Part shown: one piece after another, positions 13,461 to 23,935 of the stretch | Layout: the number at the start of each line of letters is the position of its first letter | How positions within the stretch are numbered: the stretch's first letter is position 1 | Assembly (NCBI RefSeq): GCF_006345805.1 | Contig: NC_043008.1 | Span: 41,974,001 to 42,038,000 of the forward strand | Reading direction: 5' to 3' | Length of the DNA: 64,000 nt | Source: Octopus sinensis | Lineage: Eukaryota | Translations under genes and position numbers: made by a program | Notes under the pieces: model-generated | Database searches by the model: none | Seen by the model: the letters and a program-made list of their open reading frames with translations, nothing else | What the model was told of the DNA's origin: nothing

Positions 13461-13585
13461 TTGCTAAGATGATCTGGTTCTTGACTGATGACTGAGGGCT
13501 TCGAATGTCCGTCCTGGGTTCTTGTGTCGTCTCTGTGGTGTTTCATGTTCTTGTCCATGTCTGTATTTATTTTACTGTTTACCTA
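13461..13585 (+). other. ~125-bp unique insertion present only in the left arm
   Basis: Non-repetitive T-rich segment interrupting the palindrome next to (AT)n; absent from the mirror position (~14150-14160). Confidence 0.7.
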
Positions 13586-13586
13586 T

Positions 13587-13638
<52 letters not shown>

Positions 13639-14102
13639 CACACATACACACATATACATACACATACACATACATATATATACACAAATACACATACACA
13701 TACATGCACACATACGCACACATACACATACACATACATACATATATATATATATATATACACATATATACACACACATACACATATACACATACATTAT
13801 ATACCACATACATACATATACATACACACACACATACATATATACACGGAGTACACATACCCATACATATATATATATATATATATATATGTGTATCGTG
13901 TATATATGTATGTGTGGTGTGTATGTATATGTATGTATGTTGTATATATGTATGTGTATATGTGTATGTGTGTGTATATATGTGTATAATATATATATAT
14001 ATATGTATGTATTGTGTATGTGTATGTGTGCGTATGTGTGCATGTATGTGTATGTGTATATGTGTATATATATGTATGTGTATGTGTATGTATATGTGTG
14101 TA

Positions 14103-14169
<67 letters not shown>

Positions 14170-14710
14170 ATGTATATATGTGTATGTGTGTGTATATATA
14201 TATGTATATATGAGTGCGCGCGTGTGTGTATGTATGCATATATGTATGTATGCATGTATATGTGTATGTATATATGTGTGGAAGTGTGTGCATATATGTA
14301 TATGTAAGTATGTGCGCGTGTATGAGTATGTATGTATGCTTGCACACGTGTATATATATGTGTGCGTGTGTATATATATGGATGCGCGTGCGTGCGTGCA
14401 CGTGTATGGGTACGCATGTGTATATGTGTATGTGCGTGTATGTGTATGTATGCATATATGTATGTATGCATGTATATGTGTATGATATATGTGTGTAAGT
14501 GTGTGCATATATGTATATGTAAGTATGTGTGCGTGTATGAGTATGTATGTATGCTTGCACACGTGTATATATGTGTGTGTGTGTATACATATGGATGCAT
14601 GTGCGTGTGGGCACGTGTATGGGTACGCATGTATATGTGTATGTGCGTGTATGCGTATACGTGTATGTATGTATGTATGTGTGGGCGTATATTTGTATAT
14701 GTATGTGTGA

Positions 14711-14775
<65 letters not shown>

Positions 14776-15148
14776 TGGGGGTGTGTGTATGCGTATAAGT
14801 GCATGTAAGTATGGATGTATGGATGTATGTATGTATGTTTACGTATGTATGTGTTTGTGTGTATATGTATGTAGGTGTGGTATGTATGGTGTATATATGT
14901 ATATCTATATATATATGTGTGTATATATTTGTGTATGTATATATATGTGTATGTATGTGTGTGTATATAGGGGGTGTGTGTATGTATGTATGTATGTATA
15001 TATATATATATGTATGTATATATATATATGTATGTATATATATATTATATATATATATATATGTACATGTATGTGTGGGTATATGTATATATATATAATA
15101 GGTATGTATCTGTATGTAGGAGTATATATATGTGTGTGTGTGTGTGTA

Positions 15149-15198
<50 letters not shown>

Positions 15199-15524
15199 TG
15201 TATATTTATTGGTGTATATATATAGACTAGCCTCCTAAAGTGTAGACATGAATCTGTAGGTACGAGTACGTATGTGTATATACGTGAACGTATGTAGATG
15301 TTTGTATGTATGAATATAACGCGTGCGTACGTGTATGTGTATGAGTGTACGAATGGGTGTATGTACGTGCTAATGAGTGTGCGTGCGGGAACGAGTACTT
15401 GCCTTCTAGTAGACAGACAATTTGGACATGCTGCCATCGCCAGGATCCTTAGCTCTAGCGATCAAGATAACAAAAGTAATAAATGAAGATAATAAAATAA
15501 AATTAGGGAATGGGCCTGTATTGG

Positions 15525-15564
<40 letters not shown>

Positions 15565-15572
15565 TATATATA

Positions 15573-15612
<40 letters not shown>

Positions 15613-15944
15613 TGGGTACGTGTAGGTATGTATAGGCACACATGTGTACGTATGTGTGTGTTGTATGTATTGTTTATGTATGTATGTGCACACATTTTAT
15701 TTTTATTTTTTTATTTTTTTATTTTTTATTTTTTATTTTTTATTTTTTATTTTTATTTTTATTTTTATTTTTTTTTTTTTATTTTTTTATCTTTTTATTT
15801 ATCTATTCTTTCCAAACTTACCACTGACTCCTTGACCACTCCCCAAGTATGATATTTTGCGCTATGCCTACCCCCAAAAGTCCCCCACCACCACTCCTTA
15901 AACCTGCCTAAATGTATAAATGCTAATACAATTCTTGTTAAATA

Positions 15945-15993
15945 GCTTCCTGAAGATTTCTCTTGAATGAAACAGTACTAGTCCTGTAGAAGC
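15945..15993 (+). ncRNA. Type I hammerhead ribozyme (family 1), predicted cleavage after A15988
   Basis: Stem I GCTTC/GAAGC; core CUGAAGA and GAAA; stem II 3 bp with a U-U opening pair; stem III ACAG/CTGT with palindromic ACTAGT in the loop; GUA triplet. Confidence 0.8.
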
Positions 15994-16150
15994 TCCTTCT
16001 ATATAATAAATTAATTTTACTCTGCTATGTATTGAGTACCTTACTTACTGTGGTTAACCCCGGATCAACCCGGGACCTACATATATATATATATATATAT
16101 ATACATATACATACATATATCTGCATCTATCAGTATATATATATACATAC

Positions 16151-16393
16151 ATATATATATATAGTGATATATACAGATATATGTATATGTGTATTTGTAT
16201 ATAAATATATATATACTATTGATATATACATATACATACATATATATACATATTCAAACACACATATATACCTATGTATGTATGTATGTATGTTTGAATG
16301 TATGTATGTATGTATGTATGTATATCTAAAGTAGAGTCACGGGCTTGTTAAGCCTACACTCAGAATGATACTTGCTTCTGCAGGTCATCGCAG
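16151..16393. repeat. Outer inverted repeat, right arm
   Basis: Reverse complement of 11283-11527. Confidence 0.9.
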
Positions 16394-17029
16394 TTGATAT
16401 ATATATGTATATACATACATATGTATATACATGAATATATATATATATGTCTTGACGTCTAGTTTTATGGATGACCTCAGGAAATTACGCCATCACATAG
16501 AAATAGGGAACTAATATTTAAGCGTGCACAGTTTAGATCGTCGTATGAGTTAATTTAATATCAGTTGTTGGTGAACCGAGGCGTTAAATAAGAATCTCAT
16601 ATTTATTCATTTCGCTTCTCGTATTAACCATAAAACTCTGTTTTCACTTTGTATTAACTCTCTCCTATTTCATAGGATTCACCCAGTATTTCTCACTACG
16701 TTTATCGTACGGTAGCATTGCCACTTTAATCCACAGACATCACACAAATGCATGTTTACATATAAGTTTCTATGCATCTGTAGTTATATACATACATCCA
16801 TAAACATATATCCGTCTTCCAAATTGTATACATATTTGAATTTCCAAAAGTAATGAATTGTGCCCAAATCCACTGCTGATTATACGTTTAGAAAGACACT
16901 TATAATCAATATGTGACCCAATGGTGCAGCAATATCTGCATAAACCGCTCAAATACCCCTACATGTACATCCAGACACACACATATACACACATTTACAT
17001 GCATGCATGAATTTATACAGTAAACACCA

Positions 17030-17055
17030 CACATATATATAGATATATATATATA

Positions 17056-17099
<44 letters not shown>

Positions 17100-17132
17100 T
17101 ATATGTAATATATAGATATATATGTATATATG

Positions 17133-17183
<51 letters not shown>

Positions 17184-17200
17184 TGTGTGTGGTGTGTGTG
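17030..17200. repeat. (AT)n microsatellite
   Basis: Directly visible. Confidence 0.95.
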
Positions 17201-18011
17201 TTCGTTATATATATAAACACAATTATATATGCCTACATTTGCTCTTGCACTTTAATTTGTCCTGCAGTTTGCTTGATGAATTAACAGGATCATGTATGAA
17301 TATAAATTCATACGAACGTGTCCATGTACTCGTATATCTTTGCATAACTCTTGCTATTACGTAGCCGATGTTTCCAGAAGTTGAATGCCCGTCATTCTCT
17401 CTCCTCCATCTTTAATTTTATACTTGTAGTCTTCGAGAAAAAAATTCGACAGGGTACGCTAGAATATTATGCGACGCGATCACTAAAACAACGTATCCCT
17501 CTGTCTTGAAATCACAAGTCAAAACTTTCTAAGCAGACCAAAGATACAGTTGTGTATATACACATTCTCTATACATTCACAAGTATTAGCGTCGAACCAT
17601 CAAAAGAGTAACAAGCGGGTCCCCAATCTGCTAAATTTAGCTAATAAATCTCACAAATTTTATTAAGAAAGGAAATCGGGGAAAATGCAATCGAAAATCT
17701 TCTCCCTCTAAAATAGCTATGTTGGATCGCTTATTGTTAGTAAATGTAACTGAGGCGCCATAGCTGAGATTAAACTATTACAACAAAACAAAACCTCGAC
17801 TTTTCTAATAAACTCATTCCAGGTTTTCAAATCATCCTCTGATATATGTGTATGTTTGTGTGTATATATATAGCTGAAACGAGTAAAAGAATAAAAGATA
17901 AAAGACACATATATACACACATGTAGGTAAAAGATAAAAGTAAAAGATACATATATACGTACACTTACACATATATATACATATGTATATATGTATATTT
18001 ATGTTTGTATA

Positions 18012-18042
<31 letters not shown>

Positions 18043-18250
18043 GACCGCGTGCGTATCGTTGGCGATTTATTTCCTCCGTCTCCCCTTCTTTGGATCTTTC
18101 CTTTTCCTATGTTTCTGACGAAGAGCTCCGCTCGAAACGTAAAGCCCTCCTTCTTCCCATCCTTCCTGAGCGTCCAATAACACTATACTTGTTCCACTCC
18201 TCGCGTTGTTGTGTTTTCTCTTTGTATTTTCATGTTTGGTTTAACTTTAC
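18043..18250 (+). mobile_element. Solo HHR-bearing pLTR-like insert in (AT)n
   Basis: 208-bp pyrimidine-rich unique segment with (AT)n on both sides and a minimal HHR inside. Confidence 0.7.
18111..18145 (+). ncRNA. Minimal type I hammerhead ribozyme (family 2), predicted cleavage after A18141
   Basis: GTTT CTGACGA A GAGC-TCC-GCTC GAA ACGT A AAGC: stem I 4 bp (one G-U), palindromic ACGT stem III as in minimal PLE HHRs. Confidence 0.75.
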
Positions 18251-18281
<31 letters not shown>

Positions 18282-18300
18282 ATATATGTGTGTGTATATA

Positions 18301-18351
<51 letters not shown>

Positions 18352-18353
18352 TG

Positions 18354-18431
<78 letters not shown>

Positions 18432-18435
18432 CATG
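18251..18435. repeat. (AT)n/(GT)n microsatellite
   Basis: Directly visible. Confidence 0.95.
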
Positions 18436-19390
18436 TATAATTCAAAGAAACATTTAAAAGTAAAGGATGACACTCAATTTGTCTCTTCACTTCTAATATA
18501 TTTGAATTTTATGAGAACCAAGGGAGAGATTTCTGAACCTGTTTCACTCTTATTCACCGAATGAAATGCAGTTGTGATAAAACTTCACTGGATCGCTTCA
18601 CTGGATCACTGGATAAATGTTGAAGAATGTTTTTGAAGTCGTAAACTAAAAATGTTTAGAGAATTAAATATTCACTGACAGAAGCCTTATAAAATACAAC
18701 AGATCAGCGTGCGAAAGATTCTGACCACAATAGATAACCATAACTGTATATATACGTGATGTATGATATGATGTAGTGGTATATATATATTTAAGAAAGA
18801 AAATTATGTAAAAATGCACAGGAGGTTTGTAATCCAAAAATATGAATCAGAACTGAACATTAATTAATTTTAGTAACAATGAACCCCCATTAGAATAGAA
18901 CAACAATCAATTCTTCTCTCCACCCTTGATATATTTGTAAATAACCCCTAAAACTTGTGTATGTATCTCATAAATCTGTATAGATTCAGTCCAAAGACCC
19001 TAACAATACTTTGAAAGTAACCTGTAACTTGCAGATAAATTGAAGAGGTATATCCCTTCAGTGCAACAATTATTGTCAACAATAAAAATGGAAGTTTGAT
19101 AAGCGTAATACGCAAAACCGATACTCCCAGTTTATTACATAATGTTGTCATACAACTCTTTGTTTCACTATGATCTTAATATTAGCATAAATTTTATTAT
19201 ACAAACCTCTTGTTCGTTTTTATATATTTTTCTTTCTTAAATATCCACAACCACGTGTAAACAAGATCTGACACCTATATATATATATTATATATATATA
19301 TATATGCATATCGTCTTGTAGTTAGGCTGTTTCTTTCACTCACGATTTAGCGTTGCTGCATTCCACCTTTCGTTGTTGGTGGGGAGTTTT

Positions 19391-19490
19391 GGTCTGCTCG
19401 TCAAGCTACCGGAGTGGCGTCATTTGAAGGCTAAAGCAATGCAAAAGCGCATTGTGACCGGCGTTGTGTAACAACATCTGATAACCTGGT
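19391..19490 (+). mobile_element. SINE family C 3' fragment
   Basis: GTGGCGTCATTTGAAGGCTAAAGCAATGC..GTGACC..AACATCTGATAACCTGGT matches the reverse complement of ~190-300. Confidence 0.7.
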
Positions 19491-21026
19491 ATACACAAAA
19501 AAACGAATCAATTTATTTCTTTGCAACTTGTGTTTCTCCACTCAGATTTCCTTTTATTTCACTGTGTCCAATGTTCTCTGGAAATGCATGAATAACTCAA
19601 CTCACATCTGTCTTCCCAGTATATTCTCAATGATACTTCACTTCACAAACATTTCGACTAATCTATTGTATGGTTTTCTTTTATATTCACTCTGCGGAGT
19701 CATTGATCAGTTTCACGTGAGTCTACACAAAATGTTGATGGGTTACTTTGTATGATGTCATGAAATCTATGGACAATGAACAACTTTAATCTGATATAGA
19801 TAAATATAAATAATCAATAGATTTTAAATTTAGGTTTCATTTGTCTCCAGTACATTTACTGATGTATGAAAAGTGCATAGATTTCTGCATTTAGAGAGGA
19901 AAATAATGTGTATGAACATTGCTGAGAGTTACCTAGAATAACTGTTCCAGATCACATAGAAAATAAAACTAAAGTCCTTTGAGATTTTATTCTATTTCAA
20001 TTGTAATGCATTTCCCTTTAAATGTGGCTGAATAAAAGTCATCAGGGAATTTATGCAGATTAAATGAACTTTTAGAAAATGTCTGATCACAAGCAACATT
20101 TTAATCGTGGTTATAGAGTCAACTTATAGACATAATCAATAGTGTCTATTGAACGCATATCCTTGTCATATAAAACAGTTTAAAATGCTTAACGTTTTTA
20201 ATAATGAAGCGGGCTTTTTAAGAACTTCAGTTTCATTTCATATAAATAGCAACTGAATATGAAAGTAGTATACATTGAAAATGGAGAAAAAATTATTATT
20301 TTTACTAAAGAGAAGAAAAAAATCGAGCAAAAAAGAAGACTTTTCATCTTTTATACAGTCATACATTTGTTGATATTAAATCTTCATACCATCGATGTTG
20401 TCTGACGCAAGAGGAAGCTGGAATAGAGAAACGGTTTCAAATCCTAATTTACGCTCTTCCCTTCACATGTCACAAAGAAATCTCTTGGAAGTTGTTTGTA
20501 ATCATCATATAATCTCTTCGGCATTTTTACCAAATTAATCATCTTGCTATTACACCTTAACCGAGAAAAATCAAAAGATTTATGTCCAAATCCATTGTGT
20601 ATTAAACAACCAGAAAACTCACAAAGAATGAAGTGTACAACCTGTTATATCTTTGTAGTATTCTTGGTCATGTGTTTGTTCATAAAGAAATACTGTGGCC
20701 ATGTGACTAGTCAGAGAGAAATATATTTTCAGCTGATATTTTAATCAAATAATTGAAGACAAAAGAAAGCACAAAAATTCCGACAGATGAAGGAAAAACA
20801 AGAAATATTTTAACAAATGCTAGCATGTTGTTTATTGGTATTTCCTTTATATTTGGTAACTGCTGCCTAGAAGTAGGAATGGTAAGATATTAAATATGAT
20901 GAAGAATCACCTTAAGCTGTGGTCGTATTTCCACGAGTGCTCGATCGGCTCAAGGCAGTTCTTCGACACATTTAATATTAGTCAACATGTGTATCTATTC
21001 CCTACACTAGTAAGATGTTCCACCAG

Positions 21027-21054
21027 ATGACCAACAAATCTTTCATCTGAACAG
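21027..21054 (+). other. Candidate small exon (donor CAG|GTAAGA; acceptor uncertain)
   Basis: Followed by a 105-nt GT..AG segment (21055-21159) with a long polypyrimidine tract. The only open frame reads DQQIFHLN. Confidence 0.35.
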
Positions 21055-21159
21055 GTAAGACGCTAGAAAATCGTTATATTTCTACCTCTATGAATGAAAG
21101 CATCAATTTCTTTTTTCTTTTTTCTCTTTCTTTTTATTTATATTTTATTTTCTTACAAG

Positions 21160-21250
21160 TGTTTCACTGGCATTTTGCTCTGAATGATCAATGTATTTAT
21201 GGCTGACATCGTCAACAATTCAATAAACTTGAAGACTTCTGGTGTGGAAC
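21160..21250 (+). other. Candidate (terminal?) exon after a strong acceptor
   Basis: ..TTTTATTTTCTTACAAG|T GTT TCA..GAA TGA; AATAAA at 21222-21227. The 3' end is a guess. Confidence 0.3.
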
Positions 21251-21609
21251 CAGTCTCTCCTAAATCCAGCTAACCATCCTACAGAAAATGGTATCAGAAA
21301 TATGAAACTAACTGGTATGGAACAGATAATATTCCACGGATCATGGAAAAAGAAAAAAAGTGGGAGACTGGAAATAAACTATAGAAGAGAACTGTTATCG
21401 TTCCAATTATTTGATTAGGGTAAAGTCATTGCAAAAACCGTAGGATTTCCAGGCAATAAATTTTTTCGGTAGACATAGCAACGAATTTTAATATAAAATT
21501 AGCCTCTGTGTAATATTTTAGATGAATATACACTCTTTGCCATGCAATTATCTGATATATAAAACTTGGAGGAATTTCAAAGAAAAAAGTCTCAAACAAA
21601 TCAGCATGT

Positions 21610-21627
21610 ATACGTATATATATATAT

Positions 21628-21660
<33 letters not shown>

Positions 21661-21748
21661 CATTTATATACACGTATATACATACATGTATATATACATA
21701 TATTTATATATGCACCCACACACAATTACGCACACACACACGCACAAA

Positions 21749-21819
<71 letters not shown>

Positions 21820-21820
21820 G
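21610..21820. repeat. (AT)n/(AC)n microsatellite
   Basis: Directly visible. Confidence 0.95.
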
Positions 21821-22344
21821 ACACATATTTATCACTATCTTCAATAATAAAATTAATTTCTTTTATAATAATTATTTTATGCCATTTTTCCTATTTTATC
21901 AACCGTCATTCAGTAAAATATCCAAAAATATAATACAGGTTCGAAAAATCATATTTAAAGTTTTCTGCAAACTAAATCTATCTAAAATGCTATTTAAACA
22001 TAGAAAACTATAAGAACACAGGGACGTCATATAACAAAGCATAATACAATAATGATATACAATTGAAATCCTGGAAAGAAACCTTAGAAAACCTTGTGTA
22101 TTAGGTGTATGACGTATGTAGTGCTTTTGTGAGGACTAGTTACTTTTGTAGCTAAACCTGTGTAGGAGTTCCAGTGAATGCTGATGTTAAGGAAAGAGAT
22201 GATTCTATTATATTTTCGACGATTTTGCTTTAGCAGCAACGGGATGGACAATAACGAAGCTATGTACGAATCTGTTTCCGGTTCATTTACGGCCAAGTGA
22301 AAGAGCCATCAAACTGTTTTTCTTTTCTCTTTGCTCTCCTACAG

Positions 22345-22390
22345 TCAACAGGAAACAGAGGAAGGACAAGCGGAGCCAAAAAAAAAAATG
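22345..22390 (+). other. Candidate 46-nt exon
   Basis: Very strong acceptor TTTTTCTTTTCTCTTTGCTCTCCTACAG|, donor ATG|GTGAAT. All three frames open; contains an A11 run. Confidence 0.35.
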
Positions 22391-22801
22391 GTGAATCACA
22401 ACAGCTGTGACCGTGAAATATCTCGGAATGTAACACTTCTCTCAACAGACACACATTATGTCCATAAAAACCATAACAAATCTTTTTGATAACTAAAAAA
22501 ATGAAATTGAATGTCAACTAACAATAAATATTTTCAATCTTGAGTGAATGATCTTTTTTCTTCAATTCCTTCTTTTTTATTTATTTCTAGAAAATAGATT
22601 TATCAAACTTATTATTGCAGTCTTTTCTTTTTCAGCCATGTCATTAACTTACAAAATATTCTGTTTCCGCCATATTCACACAGAAAAAAAAGAGTTGATA
22701 TATTTCCTTTAACATTATTTAACTTGATTCATCCTTCAGCTGTTAACTATTTGTAAAACGGACAAAATACCACAAAGCTTTTGGAGAGGTTGGTCGAGAA
22801 A

Positions 22802-22902
22802 ATTGACTCTGCTACGGGACTCATTGTATTTTATTGACTCTGCTACTGGACTTACTGTATTTTATTGACTCTGCTACTGGACTTACTGTATTTTATTGAC
22901 TC
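22802..22902 (+). repeat. 31-bp minisatellite, ~3.3 copies
   Basis: ATTGACTCTGCTACTGGACTTACTGTATTTT starting at 22802, 22833, 22864 and 22895. Confidence 0.9.
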
Positions 22903-23104
22903 CTAAAAGTTGAAAGGCAAAGTTGTTAGGTTTTGTTGTTCTGATCGCCATCCCGCTGACGTCAACTTTGTCTTTCATCCAATCAAATGCTGGGGTCAAA
23001 TATGGTTGAGAATGGTATGCATGGCACACTTAAATTGGTCTACTTCCAGCGACTGTAAGGACAATATGGGGGTTGGGAGAGGATATTCGCCTGTAGTAGA
23101 ATGG

Positions 23105-23204
23105 ATGATGATAATAATTATTATTATTATTACTACTATTATTATATTATTATTAATTATTATTGTTATTATTAATATTACTACTACTACTACTACTACT
23201 ACTG

Positions 23205-23237
<33 letters not shown>

Positions 23238-23270
23238 ATATTAGTACTATTACCATCATCATAATTATTT
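23105..23270. repeat. (ATT)n/(ACT)n trinucleotide repeat
   Basis: Directly visible. Confidence 0.95.
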
Positions 23271-23336
23271 TTGCGATACTCCCAAAGTACAAAGTTTTTT
23301 TTTTTCTTCTTCCTTCAAATTTTCTTCCGTTTCTAG

Positions 23337-23410
23337 CCGAGTGTTTTCCGTACACCTAGGGCAGGGAAGCTCATTGCATGCATTCTCAGATTACACACGC
23401 AAATTCACAG
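23337..23410 (+). CDS. Candidate coding exon A (RVFSVHLGQGSSLHAFSDYTRKFT), unidentified protein
   Basis: Acceptor TTTTCTTCCGTTTCTAG|, donor CAG|GTAAAA. The frame continues into exon B across an 81-nt AT-rich GT..AG intron. Confidence 0.5.
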
Positions 23411-23491
23411 GTAAAATATGTATTTAGAAAAATAATAAATAAATAAATTCATGATTGGATGTTGTTTTCATACCGATAATGCTCTTCTCAG

Positions 23492-23531
23492 TACATGAGT
23501 CGTTTCGATTTTTGAACTTCCTGCAGGGATG
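23492..23531 (+). CDS. Candidate coding exon B ((V)HESFRFLNFLQG)
   Basis: Acceptor GCTCTTCTCAG|, donor ATG|GTAAGC; phase-compatible with exon A. Confidence 0.5.
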
Positions 23532-23679
23532 GTAAGCCTGATATCATTTTCAAATAGGTTTCAGTACCCTTTTGTTGTCATTCCTGGAGATCCTACAATC
23601 ACTGGTACTATAGTCGCCTTGAGATACCACATTTTCCCAATTTCTATTAGCAAGTCTTTATATTTACTATCTTGTTAAA

Positions 23680-23935
23680 TTCTTCTTCTTCTTCTTCTAC
23701 CTCTTTTTTTGTTCTTCTTCCTCTTCTACTTCTTCTACTTCTTCCTCCTCCTCCTACTACTACTACTACTAGTACTACTACTACTACTAATAATAATAAT
23801 AGTAATAATAATAATAATAATAATAATATAATAATAATAATATTAATATTGGTATTATTACCATCATCATCATAATTATTTTTATGTTACTCCCAAAGTA
23901 CAAAGTTTACTATTATTATTATTATTATTATTATT
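23680..23935. repeat. Compound (CTT)n/(ACT)n/(AAT)n
   Basis: Directly visible. Confidence 0.9.

Larger units (their letters stand above)
11616..16080 (+). mobile_element. Non-coding foldback element with twin outward-facing hammerheads (arms 11616-13856 / 13891-16011, tail 16012-16080)
   Basis: Arms are reverse complements (HHR region, (AAAAAAT)n, unique 12095-12400 vs 15225-15530, and microsatellite mosaic). Spacer ~33 nt. Both ends flanked by (AT)n. No credible ORF. Confidence 0.8.

Noticed and set aside
13485-13495. CTGATGA..CTGA as C/D snoRNA boxes or an intact HHR
   Set aside because: The boxes are adjacent with no terminal stem; the HHR GAAA core and stem I are missing.
11616-16011. 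Treating the palindromes purely as long-read foldback artefacts
   Set aside because: Not fully excluded, since indel-rich arms suggest poor polishing. However, the one-sided tails, the arm-specific insert, the HHR at the same relative position in three unrelated elements and the 2.7-kb unique spacer in the PLE argue for real structures.
20001-20047. Minus-strand CTGATGA..GAAATGCAT hammerhead-like match
   Set aside because: Stem II and a palindromic ATGCAT are present, but stem I cannot pair and there is no (AT)n-flanked element context.
22802-22902. 31-bp repeats as a CRISPR array
   Set aside because: Units are contiguous with no spacers, in eukaryotic context.
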